A stretch of 64,000 nucleotides of DNA, from assembly GCA_964016885.1 (NCBI GenBank), contig OZ024743.1, positions 87,110,001 to 87,174,000 of the forward strand, read 5' to 3'. The DNA comes from Eledone cirrhosa. Lineage: Eukaryota. A program made the translations under genes and the position numbers. The stretch's first letter is position 1. Each line of letters begins with the position of its first letter. Under the pieces are notes generated by a model. The model did not search any database, had not been told where the DNA came from, and saw only the letters and a program-made list of their open reading frames with translations. This document shows, piece by piece, positions 13,976-26,975 of this stretch.

Positions 13976-14566
13976 GTCAGGTCACCAGTTGGTGCTACTG
14001 GTAACATGTATCCCAGTACAACCTGTCTCATGGTAGGGTCGTTGGCGACTAAACTGGCAACCCCACCAAGGTTTCTTGGTGAGGAGGGTGACTTTGGACA
14101 TCCTGCAGGACTAAAAACAAAACCTGTCAAAGGGAAAAGGAGCTCTTAAGAGTCAATGGCCATCCAAAATCACCGGGAGAGATGACCCCTTAGCCTTTGT
14201 CAAGGCAGAATTCTAGGAGAAGAAAAATTCTGATATAACACCTGCAACTCTGATGGTATCCAATGATGTTGACTTGTTCTTCTTTTTGGTAAATATCATC
14301 TTGATTAAGAGAGTGGGACTGGCTTTGTGCAGTGCCTTTGCTCACTATAAAAGCTTCACGGTACAGGCATTGCTTTATATCTGGAGATCTCTCTGCACTT
14401 GTCGTCACATGGTACCATGGGCCCAGCACTATGTGTCAATAATTGTCACAAGTGTAGTGTTTGTACCAGAGTTTTCAAGTCGCTGGCTGGACTAAAAAGT
14501 CACACTCGTTCTCCTACATGGATATAAAGTAGTGGCCGTACTCGAAAACGAGTTGGCAGCCACCAT
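13976..14566 (+). mobile_element. ~590-bp non-autonomous, internally deleted RTE-like retroposon
   Basis: Four near-identical full-length copies in the window with the same ends. The 3' part encodes a C2H2-like remnant CSVCTRVFKSLAGLKSH. The tail runs into (AT)/(ATGT)n. Confidence 0.7.
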
Positions 14567-15193
14567 ATATGTACGTATGTATGCGTGTATGTATGTATGT
14601 GTGTGTGTATGTATGTATGTATGAATGTGTGTGTATGTATTGGGTTGTCAAATATGAAATTTGTAGAAATTTCTTTTATTTCAACAAATATCTACAAATT
14701 TCATACTTGATGACCCAATATATATGCATGTGTGTATGTATGAATATTTGTACTTATGTACGTATGAGTGTATTTATGTCTGTGTGCATGTATGTATGAG
14801 GGGGCAGCCATCATGTGTGTATGTATGTATGTAAGTATGTATGTATGAATGCATGCATGCATATATGCGTGTATGTATGCGTCTATGTGTGTATGTTTGT
14901 GCTTATGTACGTATGAGTGTGTTTATATGTGTATGCATGTATGTATGCATATATATATATATATATATATGTTTGTGTATACTGGTGTTTTGTGTGGCAC
15001 CAAACAGCAACAGCAGCAACAACAACAGTAGCAGCAATAGCAGCAACAGCAGCAACAGCAGCAGTAGCAGCAGTAGCAGCAGCAGCTGGGACTACCATCG
15101 TTGTCAATAGCAACTACTGACAGGTGTGGAGAAATACGGAATAGTTGGTGGGATCTTTCTTCCATTCTATATATGGATGTTGTCAGATGTGCT

Positions 15194-15990
15194 ATGGTGG
15201 TGGTGGTGGTGGTGGTGGTGGTGGTGGTGGTGGTGGTGGTGGCGGTGGTGGTGGTGGTGGTGGTGGTGGTGGTGGTGGTGGTGGTGGTGGTGGTGGTGGT
15301 GGTGGTGGTGGTGGTGGAGATAGTAGCGATGGTGGTGGTGGTGGTGGTGGTGGTGGTGGTGGTGGTGGTGGTGGTGGTGGTGGAGATAGTAGCGATGGTG
15401 GTAGTGTTAGTGGTGGTGGTGGTGGTGGTGGTGGTGGTGGTGGTGGTGGTGGTGGTGGTGGTGGTGGAGATAGTAGCGATGGTGGTAGTCTTAGTGGTGG
15501 TGGTGGTGGTGGTGGTAGAGATAGTAGCGATGGTGGTGGTGGTGGTGGTGGTGGTGGTGGTGGTGGTGGTGGTGGAGATAGTAGCGATGGTGGTGGTGGT
15601 GGTGGTGGAGATAGTAGCGATGGTGGTGGTGGTGGTGGTGGTGGTGGTGGTGGTGGAGATAGTAGCGATGGTGGTTGTTCTAGTGGTGGCGGTGGTGGTG
15701 GTGGTGGTGGTGGTGGTAGTGGTGGAGATAGTAGCGATGGTGGTGGTGGTGGTGGTGGTGCTGGTGGTGGTGGTGATGGTGGAGATAGTAGCGATGGTGG
15801 TAGTGCTAGTGGTGGTGGTGGTGGTGGTAGTGCTAGTGGTGGTGGTGGTGGTGGTGGAGATAGTAGCGATGGTGGTAGTGCTAGTGCTGGAGGTGCTGGT
15901 GCTGGTGGTGGTGGTGGTGGTGGTGGAGATAGTAGCGATGGTGGTAGCGCTAGTGCAGGTGGTGGTAGCAGTGATGGCAGTAGTGATTGA
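15194..15990. repeat. Compound G-rich repeat: (GGT)n punctuated by GGAGATAGTAGCGAT
   Basis: About 12 recurrences of the 15-bp interruption between (GGT)n runs of variable length. Confidence 0.9.
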
Positions 15991-16214
15991 TGGTGGAGGC
16001 GGCAGTGATATGCAACACATGCAGCCTAGTCTGTAAAGTCTCTCAAAAAGACATGTAATACACTCAAGAGGTACTATCACAGTCACGGTTCTATTTTATT
16101 GTCAGCGATGGGATTCCCCGGATACCAGTGGACACTCATCTTATATATAACATTTTACAAGTTTTAACGATATATAAGAATATATGCTGATGATATGAAT
16201 TGAGAAACTGCTAG

Positions 16215-16590
16215 TGTTTTGTGAAAACTGAGAGACTTGTCCTCCCACTGAAGCCTGTGCATTGCACTCTACATGTAAATTGAGTTCCACTGAAGCAAGT
16301 AGAGAAGTTCAAGTATCTCGGGGCCGTGTTCATGAGTGATGGAAGGCAGGGGGCTGAATTAAGTGCAAGAATTCTAGGAGCTGGTGAGGTAGGTGTAAAA
16401 GACAAACTCATTATCTTCACTTCAGTTTTCGTGCCAACCCTTACCTATGGTCATGGATCTTGGGTAATGACTGAAAAAATACGATCGGGAATACTAGCGG
16501 CCGAAATGGGGTTCCTCCGAAGGGTCTTTGGAGTAACGTTACTCGATAGAGTGCGTAGCTCGGAGATCAGAGAGTCACTCCAGGTAGAGC
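16215..16590 (+). pseudogene. RTE-clade LINE RT C-terminal fragment
   Basis: Translation LKQVEKFKYLG...VPTLTYGHGSWVMT...EMGFLRRVFGVTLLDRVRSSEIRE. Confidence 0.8.
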
Positions 16591-16591
16591 C

Positions 16592-16778
16592 AAGAAGAAG
16601 AAGAAGAAGAAGAAAAAGAAGAAGAAGAAGAAGAAGAAGAAGAAGAAGAAGAAGAAGAAGAAGAAGAAGAAGAAAAAGAAGAAGAAGAAGAAGAAGAAGA
16701 AGAAGAAGAAGAAGAAGAAGAAGAAGAAGAAGAAGAAGAAGAAGAAGAAGAAGAAGAAGAAGAAGAAGAAGAAGAAGA
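16592..16778. repeat. (GAA)n microsatellite
   Basis: Direct reading. Confidence 0.95.
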
Positions 16779-18437
16779 GATACTCACTTTAAGATGGTAA
16801 ATTTGAAATTCCTAGACAGACAGACCTGTTTCGAAATATCTGAGAAAACACGCAAACCATCAATCTATCACCAATTACCAATTTTGGTAATTAACAAGGA
16901 CACAATTTTAACCCTTCTGTGGGAATTGGTCTTCTATATCACACTATACAAACTAAAAGTTATTTTCCCAGGGCACAAAGTGTGCTCCACATAAAATAAC
17001 CATAAACACGGATATGACAGGACGTGCCATAAACAATGCTTAAGGCAACTTAACTAATTGAACATTTTCTATTATCGGTATATATTTCTTTGCCTTTCGT
17101 TTAAACTTGTTATATATATATGTGTGTGTGTACAAAAATCCATCTCTCCATTCATCCACACAGCCATACATCCATCCATACATCCATCCATCCATCCATC
17201 CATCCATCCATGCATACATACATATTCATCCGCACATATACTCACAGGGGAAAATATCCAAATACTATATCATAAAAAAAACAACGTATACAACTTTGGA
17301 AAATATAGAGTTACACAGCGAGGATTTTCTTGTATGAAAATATTAGAAATTATCTTTAAAAAATTATCTTATTTAAAAGAATGTAACGAAAATTATTAGA
17401 TGAGCGTACCAGATAAACTGAGAATTTCATCGAAGCCGAAGAGAAGATACGAGATGTTTGGTGGATGTAAAAAATGAAAGAAAGAATGAAAGAAAACAGA
17501 TGTTTTACGGACTAAGTTATAAATATTTTTTTTAAAATAATAATAAATAAAAGGTGGTATTCGGAGATGTACATGACTCGTAAGTAGGGTTAGATTTAGA
17601 CATTAGGGGGGCCCTCATAAGCAAAAAAAAAATAGAATACACAGCAAACCCCCCAATTTTACATATCAAAGTTAGTTTGATGCAAGTAATTGGAATTGAA
17701 AAGTTATACATACAGGTATTAAATAAAAAATATTCTAACCATCCTAAAACTAAAAAGCCAAGCTGAAGGCACAAATAAATTGCTACAGCTGTCGCTTGTG
17801 CCTCCCTTCCCCCAACACACACTGCAGGGACACCGGGGCAATTGCCCCCTTTGCTCTCCCATTAAATCCGACCCTGCTCGTAAGTGGCTTAAGCTGAGAC
17901 TGTGTTGAAACTAAAACAATTACATCATGAAAGAATCATTTTAGCCACTCGGTATCACATTGAAATGAATATGACGGCACTGCTCCTCCCCTCCTCCACA
18001 ATCATTTTAATTTCTTTCGGAAATACTCAAACTATTAAAGACACTTTAAATTTAGCCGTTATTTCTTGGTGACAAAATTTTCATCGCACTGTTTGCGACC
18101 TGGTCATTGACACAATTCCAATGATCAGATTGCAATCAGTGCCACGTTTATTTTGACAACGTCAAGAAATAAATAATAAGTGAAACACTTAAGTGTTTTT
18201 AATGTTTAAAATGACTCCTCCACGATGTAAGTGGTAGTAGCTTTCCGAAAGAATACAAGAAGATGGGAAAAAAGCTGGTCGTTGTGACGAAAACCTAACA
18301 TAAAAGGTTTGTCTAGTCTTGTTATTAAAACAATAGTCAGAGAGTAGGTAATGCAAGTAAAGAAATGTTCAAAGTTTCTATAAATTTCCACAGGCCAGTT
18401 CAATAAAACAGTTCAGAATATGTCAACGATTAGACAG

Positions 18438-18657
18438 TAATAATGGTTTCTACTATAGGCACAAGGCCAAACATTTTAGGGCGAAGGGAAAGTCGATTAA
18501 ATCAACCCGAGTGAATTACTGGTGTTTTATTTTATCGACCCCGTAAGGATGAAAAACAGAGCTAACCGCGGCGGAATTTGAACTTAGGACGCAAAGGGCC
18601 ATAACTCTATGCTGCAAAGCATGGTGTCTGACGCTCTATCGATACTGTCAATCTACC
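18438..18657 (-). mobile_element. tRNA-derived SINE
   Basis: Matches the other family copies. Confidence 0.8.
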
Positions 18658-19508
18658 ATTCTCGATTAGACAGTAATAATACCTTAAAAAGCCAGAATTT
18701 CAATTTGTGTCTGTAAGAATACAGCAATTCAGTTGTTTGGTTCACAGAACGAAGAAGAATTTGTCACTAAAAATTTAAAAAAAACACGGAGATGTTACTG
18801 ACGCACGGCAGGAGTTGTTTGTATAGACTCATGAAGTCTAACATAAACCAATGTATCTTAAAGGGAGTTGAACTGGGGTGAACTATTAGGGGGACAGAGT
18901 GGACACCAAAGGCGGCGGAGTTGAACCAGAGGGCGGCTAAAGGCCAGATGACACAATGATTTGACCCGATGTCTTTCGAGGTCGATAAAAAAAAAGTATC
19001 AGTCCAATACTGGGATTGATGCTTCCTCTATATTTCTTCCCTTCCTCTCTATCACACACTCTCCTTCTCTGAAAGAAATCGATTGTGCTCAGTGTTGAGA
19101 GGGACGGACGCCAACAGGTTTTTAAATGGCTGAGACATGCCGTATGTGACTACACGTTCATGCAGAAATAAGAATACCTATCAATGTACTTGTGTTGAAC
19201 ATTGTTTTTTTCACTGACGTTTCCATCAATGAAGATTTCTTATATAAGAGCAAGGCTTGAATTCTGTGTTGAAGGAACAATCGATTATATAAACCAGTTC
19301 ATACCTGTCAACCTGTATGGAGAAGAAACATCAACAATGCCACAAGACACAACTACAGTGTTCTCTCTGACGTTGCCACTTCAACTTAACTTCAATGTCT
19401 CATATTAATCTATTCATTTTCATTTCTCTTAATGTCACTCTCTCACTGGTACTATTAATACCTCTTACTTTCCCTCATCTGATTCTCTCTTTCTCATTCA
19501 TTGTCTTT

Positions 19509-19587
<79 letters not shown>

Positions 19588-19728
19588 ATCTATCCCTCTC
19601 TTATATTCATTAAATCTCCCTGAACTATAGATCCCTAGTCTTTGTATCTGGATTTATATTTAAAGTGGCATTCTTTCTAAATTTCTTTACAGCTACTAAG
19701 CAGCATGGGTAAAGCCGAGTACTCTGCT

Positions 19729-19826
<98 letters not shown>

Positions 19827-19837
19827 ATGTATGTATG

Positions 19838-21574
19838 TTCTTCTGGTTTTATAATTTCACAAATTTTTTTCCCAATAGAGAGAGAGTCGGTTTCTAACTT
19901 AGACACAAGACTCTCTCATTGGAATTTACTCATCAACTAGGTAGATATGTATGTATGCATGCATGTGTAGATATGGATGTTATTGTATGTGTGGATGTGG
20001 ATGTTTTGAGTTGTATGTGTGCATGTGTATATGCTTTGTATCTGTACATGTGTATATGCAGTTATTAGATGCAACATTTTTGGAATGTTTTACATATTTT
20101 TACTGTTGCATTAATGGATTGTACTTGTAATTTCCTAACTAGTTGTGTTCTTTCTGTTCCTGTGAAGCCTAGCTTCTCAAGATTTGTATTGAGGCAGTTA
20201 CTGACATACCCCAGCGCCCCAATAATCACAGGCATAAATCTGAAGGTGTAATCAGGGTGGAGTATCTGCAGATTTCTCATCAGTTCTGCATAAATATTTT
20301 CCTTTTCGCTAATCTTTGATATTATATTGGCATCTGCTGGGTAGCTAATTTCCACTACTGTGCATGCTTTCTTCTCCCTGTCCCTTATCATAATATCTGG
20401 TCTGTTATGCCTGCATTTTATTGCGGGTTTTTACTGGAACATTCCACAAGTAATTTTTCATATTATGTACGTGGATGTCTTCCACATTGCTGTAGCATTT
20501 AATGTGTTTATTATCGAGGCTATCTTTTTTACGAACTGCATTGTACAGTGTTTTGGCCACTACATCATGCCTCATAGGTAGATAGTACCGCGATGACATC
20601 TTTGGACAGCTGATGATGACATGGGTGATATCCTCGATGTTAGTTTTGCAGAGTCTGCACTTGTTATCACATCTAGGTGTTTTGCCTGCATCCCTATCTC
20701 TTTTGGGAATCAGGTATTTCGTGCTAATCTCCTGTTCCTGGATTGCAAAAGCGTATCCTTCAAAGTGGGAGCCAATATAGCGGTTGTTGGTCCAAGATAG
20801 ACTACTTTCGTTATCTATATTACTCTCACTCTGGAGCTTCCTGGCAACATATCCATGCATGATTTTTTGCTGATAAGCATGATGATAGACGTGCTCGAGA
20901 AGCGGGCTCCTACGCTTCGAGGTTCGTAGATGTTGTCGAAGGGATATGATGCGATATTCAAATGGTGTCTGGACTGATGTTAGGCCTCTGCCTCCCTGCT
21001 TACGTTTCAAGTAAAGGCGGTCTATGTCGCTATTGATGTGGTGTTAGGACAGGCACAGCAAACACATTGTGAGCCACTGTTTTGTTTTGCGCAGAGAGTT
21101 CCGATGACCAAATCTTACTTAATTGGGTGTAGTATTCCCTGGTTACGCGTTCCTTATTACAGATACTATTATAGGATATGTTCTCATCTATCCCCAGGTA
21201 TCTGTAGCAGTCCTCATCAGATATCGGTGAAACAGTTATGCCATTGATGACAATGTTGCTAGATTGGGTTGTTCTTTTTCCCCCGCTTTACAGTCATGTA
21301 TGAGCATTTATCTTGGCCAAACTCCATTCCTATATCCTTTGAGAACGTTGTAACCAGGTCACGATTTTTCTTCATCCCATCCATGTTCTTGGCATAGAGT
21401 TTCAGATCGTCCACAAATTAATTATGGGTTAGGTTCGTATTTCTGTCCTCCTGTGAGCCAATGATGTATCCCTAACATTTCTTGAGCAGAAAGGACAAGG
21501 GGTTTAATCACAAGATGAATAATATCACAGAGAGACTGTCCCCCTGAAATATACCACTGCGATATTTTATTTTA
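19838..21574 (-). mobile_element. R4/Dong-type RLE retrotransposon, family A, 5'-truncated and degraded
   Basis: Motifs GIFQGDSLS, FVDDL, GGRGL, CRLCKTNIEDITHVIISC, RHD and VEISYP. Both ends abut (ATGT)n. Confidence 0.85.
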
Positions 21575-21639
21575 GTATGTATGTATGTATGTATGTATGT
21601 ATGTATGTATGTATGTATGTATGTATGTATGTATGTATG

Positions 21640-21957
21640 TTCTTCTGGTTTTATAATTTCACAAATTGTTTCCCAATAGAGAGAGAGTCGGTTTCTAACA
21701 TAGATACAAGACTCTCTCATTGGAATTTACACAACATCAACTAGGTAGATATGTATGTCTCCATGCATGCATGTGTAGATATGGATATTATTGTATGTGT
21801 GGATGTGTATGTTTTGAGTTGTATGTGCGCATGTGTATATGCTTTGTACATGTGTATATGCAGTTATTAGATGCAACATTTTTGGAATGTTTTACATATT
21901 TTTACTGTTTGTACTTGTAATTTCCTAACTAGTTGTGTTCTTTCTGTTCCTGTGAAG
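21640..21957 (-). mobile_element. Family A 3' fragment
   Basis: Repeats 19838-20167 and is bounded by (ATGT)n on both sides. Confidence 0.85.
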
Positions 21958-22027
21958 CGTATGTATGTATGTATGTATGTATGTATGTATGTATGTATGC
22001 ATGTATGTATGTATGTATGTATGTATG

Positions 22028-24587
22028 TTCTCTTTCTCTTAATTTCGAGTATAATTTTTTGACCGGCCACCTTCCTGGTGGCAAGGTTGTAAAAGAAAAA
22101 AAATTGTTATCCATTGAATCGCAAGAATGTTTTGCAAATTTTGAAGGTGCCAGCTATCGCAGCCATTTGTAGACTATTAATTAGGGAGCTGCGCTTTTTG
22201 TCCGCAAATCCAAGTTCAGTCATACTTTGGTCCAAGCGGGTTGGTATATAACCCGTAGCTCCAATAATGATGGGTATGAAGCTAAAGGTGTATCTTGGAT
22301 ACTAGATTTGTAAACTCCTCATCAGTGGTCCGTAGATGTCCTCCTTCTCCTGTATTTTTCTGACAACGTTTACATCAAGTGGGCAGCTGATCTCCACAAC
22401 AGAACACGTTTTCAATGTGTGGTCCCAAACAACAATATCAGGCCGGTTGTGCTTTAATTTGGTGGCAGTTTTTATTTTCAGGTTCCACCAGTATTTCTTA
22501 GTGCCATCTGTCTCAATATATTCTTCCTCGTTTGTTGTTAATTTTGTTTACCGAAGTGCGTTCCAGATGGTTCTAGCTATCCCATCGTGTCTCATGGGGA
22601 GGTAGTAGCGAGATGACATTCTTTCGCAGCTGGTAACAATGTGGCTTACATCCTCGATCTTTGTTTTACATAGCCTACATTTATTGTCAGCTGCTGCCCG
22701 CCCCCCTCTTTTGTGCAGCAGATATTTGGTAGGGATTTCTTGTTCCTGTATTGCATAGAGATATCCCTCAAGGTGTGATGTCATAAACTTGTCGGAACTC
22801 CATGCCAGGCTTTTTGAGTGGTTTATCCCCTCTGTGGTCTGTGTTTTTACGTCTCAAGTATCCATGCACAACTTTTTCTGTAAATTGGTCAATTTTTTAA
22901 TCTTGTTTGAACATTGAATAGGATCTTCCGATTTCTCTGGGTGAGAGATATATATCAGGCTTTATTCCATATCTCTCTTCCAGATCAGTCGCTATTCTAA
23001 TGATATTTTTTTTCATGCTCATAAACCTGGGCAAGATGGTTGCCAACCTTTTTCCTCTCTTGAAGGTGTTGCTTCAGTGTTACTATCCGGGTCTCATATG
23101 TTGTTAATATTGATTTTAGACCCCGGCCACCTTCCTTGCGTGAGAAGTATAGCCTATTCACATCACCATTGATGTTAAAGTTCCCAGTAACACTGAGAAG
23201 TTTTCGAGTTCTAACATCCATCTCACTTAGTTCTTGCAATGACCAGTTCAGTAGGCCAAATGTTGGCGTTAGAATTGGCACAACATAAGTATTGTGGGCA
23301 ATGTATTTGTTGTACGCTGACAGTTCTGATGACCATATTTTCTTTACTCTTCTGGGGTATTCAGTTCTGGTTCTCTCCTTATTTATGGGTCCATCATATC
23401 TGACATTCTCATCCTGTCCAAGATATCTGTAGTTGTCACCTGACTGTAGAGGTTGTATTGTCAGGCCGTTCATCTTTAGATTTCTAGAGGAGGGCACAGC
23501 TCTTCCACGTTTTACTGCCAAATATGCACACTTGGACTCACCAAATTTCATTTTGATGTCGGTTGAAAATTGTGTAATGAGGTCCAATTGTTTCTTGATG
23601 TCATTGATATTTGGCCCATACAACTTCAGGTCATCAACAAAGAAAAGATGGGAGATACTTCTGGGCCCACTTCTTTGTCCACCTTGTTTCCTGAGTAGGT
23701 AAGATAGTGGATTCAGTGAGAGAACGAAGAGTAGCACTGACAAGCTATCACCCTGAAAGATGCCCTTCTGGTAATGTATCTTATCAGTCTTAACTTGCTC
23801 CCTCTCACCTCTAAGGATCAAATTGGTGTACCAGTTCTTGGTCAGGCGTTCAACAGCAGCTACCAATGGTTGTGGGACTTTGGCTAACTGTAAAGCCTTA
23901 ATAATCCACCCATGAGGTACACTATCAAATGCTTTTTGATAGTCCAGCCACACGACAGTCATGTTTCTGCGATTCTTTGTTGTTTTTTCCTGAATCATTT
24001 TATTAGTTAGTAGGTGATCTATGCAACCCCACACCTCCATCTTTCCACCAGCTTCCTCAGGTGTTATGATGTTGTTGGTAGCACAGTGATCCTGTAAGAA
24101 CAGGTTAAGGCACCCAGTATATAATTTATACATGATGTTTTGGCAGGCTATTGGGCGGTAATTTTTAGCAAGGGTGGTTTGGCTATTTTGGGGAATGAGG
24201 AGAGTAGTGGCAGTTGATAACCATCTGGGCAGTTCTTGTGTGCCTTTAATGGTCTCTGTAAACGGCCGTATGAGATCTTGTCGATAGAAAGTGAAATTCT
24301 TCAACCAGTATCCTGTAATGAGGTGTGGGCCTGGCGATTTCGTATTCGACATTTTCTGTAGAGCTGTTTCCAGTATTGACCCATCTATGCCATATTGTTT
24401 TGTCTGGACATGTTGGCAGTAGTCCTGTTCCAGTTCTTTTAGCCAATTAGTTTGTCTGTTGAATCCGTCATCCGTTTCCCATACAGATCTCCAGTAGCTC
24501 TCAACCTGTTCTTTTGAAGGGGTGACATTTACAGGGATTGAGCTTTTGCCACCTAAGCTGCGATAAACTGATTTAAGATCCCTGGCA
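22028..24587 (-). mobile_element. R4/Dong-type RLE retrotransposon, family B copy 1 (5'-truncated, frameshifted)
   Basis: Highly similar to copies 2 and 3. RT motifs lie in ORF 22997-24697. Confidence 0.9.
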
Positions 24588-24638
24588 ATGTATGTATGTA
24601 TGTATGTATGTATGTATGTATGTATGTATGTATGTATG

Positions 24639-26905
24639 TTTTCTCTTTCTCTTAATTTCGAGTATATTTTTTTGACCGGCCACCTTCCTGGTGGCAAGGT
24701 TGTAAAAGAAAAGAAATTGTCATCCCTTGAATCGCAAGAATGTTTTGCATATTTTGAAGGTGCCAGCTATCGCAGCCATTTGTAGACTATGAATTAGGGA
24801 GCTGCGCTTTTTGTCCGCAAATCCAAGTTCGGTCATACTTTGGTCCAAGCGGGTTGGTATATAACCCGTAGCACCAATAATGATGGGTATGAAGCTAAAG
24901 GTGTATCTTGGATACTGGATTTGTAAGCTCCTCATCAATGGTCCGTAGATGTCCTCCTTCTCCTGTATTTTTCTGACAACGTTTACATCAAGTGGGCAGC
25001 TGATCTCCACAACAGAACACGTTTTCAATGTGTGGTCCCAAACTACAATATCAGGCCGGTTGTGCTTTAATTTGGTGGCAGTTTTTATTTTCAGGTTCCA
25101 CCAGTATTCCTTAGTGCCATCTGTCTCAATATATTCTTCCTCGTTTGTTGTTAATTTTGTTTTCCGAAGTGCGTTCCAGATAGTTCTAGCTATCCCATCG
25201 TGTCTCATGGGGAGGTAGTAGCGAGATGACATTCTTTCGCAGCTGGCAACAATGTGGCTTACATCCTCGATCTTTGTTTTACATAGCCTACATTTATTGT
25301 CAGCTGCTGGCCCTCCTCTTTTGTGCAGCAGATATTTGGTAGGGAGTTCTTGTTCCTGTATTGCATAGAGATATCCCTCAAGGTGTGATGTCATAAACTT
25401 GTCGGAACTCCATGCCAGGCTTTTTGAGTGGTTTATCCCCTCTATGGTCTGTGTTTTACGCCTCAAGTATCCATGCACAACTTTTTCTGTAAATTGGTCA
25501 ATTTTTTTTTCTTGTTTGAACATTGAATAGGATCTTCCGATTTCTCTGGGTGAGAGATTTATATCAGGCTTTATTCCATATCTCTCCTCCAGATCAGTCG
25601 CTATTCTAATGATATTTCTTTTTTCATGCTCATAAACCTGAGCAAGATGGTCGCCAACCTTTTTCCTCTGTTGAAGGTGTTGCTTCAGTGTTACTATCCG
25701 GGTCTCATATGTTGTTAATATTGATTTTAGACCCCGGCCACCTTCCTTGCGTGAGAAGTATAGCCTATCCACATCACCATTGATGTTAAAGTTCCCAGTA
25801 ACACTGAGAAGTTTACGAGTTCTAACATCCATCTCACTTAGTTCTTGCAATGACCAGTTCAGTAGGCCAAATGGTGGCGTTATAATTGGCACAGCATAGG
25901 TATTGTGGGCAATGTATTTGTTGTATGCTGACAGTTCTGATGACCATATTTTTTTTACTCTTCTGAGGTATTCAGTTCTGGTTCTCTCCTTATTTATGGG
26001 TCCATCATATCTGACATTCTCATCCTGTCCAAGATATCTGTAGTTGTCACCTGACTGCAGAGGTTGTATTGTCAGGCCGTTCATATCTAGATTTCTAGAG
26101 GAGGGCACAGCTCTTCCACGTTTTACTGCCAAATATGCACACTTGGACTCACCAAATTTCATTTTGATGTCGGTTGAAAATTGTGTAATGAGGTCCAATT
26201 GTTTCTTGATGTCATTGATATTTGGCCCATACAACTTCAGGTCATCAACAAAGAAAAGATGGGAGATACTTCTGGGCCCACTTCTTTGTCCACCTTGTTT
26301 CCTGAGTAGGTAAGATAGTGGATTCAGTGAGAGAACGAAGAGTAGTACTGACAAGCTATCACCCTGAAAGATGCCCTTCTGGTAATGTATCCTATCAGTC
26401 TTAACCTGCTCCTTCTCACCTCTAAGGATCAAATTGGTGTACCAGTTCTTGGTCAGGCGTTCAACAGCAGCTACTAATGGTTGTGGGACTTTAGCTAACT
26501 GTAAAGCCTTAATAATCCACCCATGAGGTACACTATCAAATGCTTTTTGATAGTCCAGCCACACGACAGTCATGTTTCTGCGATTCTTTGTTGTTTTTTC
26601 CTGAATCATTTTGTTAGTTAGTAGGTGATCTATGCAACCCCACACCTCCCTCTTTCCACCAGCTTGCTCAGGTGTTATGATGTTGTTGGTAGCACAGTGA
26701 TCCTGTAAGAACAGGTTAAGGCACCCAGTATATAATTTATACATGATGTTTTGGCAGGCAATTGGGCGGTAATTTTTAGCAAGGGTGGTTTGGCTATTTT
26801 GGGGAATGAGGAGAGTAGTGGCAGTTGATAACCATCTGGGCAGTTCTTGTGTGCCCTTAATGGTTTCTGTAAACAGCCGTATGAGATCTTGCCGATAGAA
26901 AGTGA
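24639..26905 (-). mobile_element. Family B copy 2 (5'-truncated)
   Basis: Bounded by (ATGT)n at 24588-24638 and 26906-26975. Confidence 0.9.
24720..26905 (-). CDS. Open but 5'-truncated RT-CCHC-RLE reading frame
   Basis: Motifs YRPIAC, DYQKAFDSVPH, GIFQGDSLS, FVDD, GGRGL, CRLC-x7-H-x4-C, RHD and RPDIVVWD...VEISCP, with no internal stop. Confidence 0.8.
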
Positions 26906-26975
26906 TGTATGTATGTATGTATGTATGTATGTATGTATGTATGTATGTATGTATGTACGTATGTATGTATGTATG

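Noticed and set aside
13976-14065. HDV-like ribozyme at the 5' end of the RTE-derived element
   Set aside because: P2, P4 and a CUAA-like junction can be drawn, but I could not form convincing P1, P3 and L3 by eye. Left as a test, not a call.
19178-19312. Minus-strand host exon (pyrimidine tract plus CAG ... GT)
   Set aside because: All three frames contain stops and there is no supporting homology.
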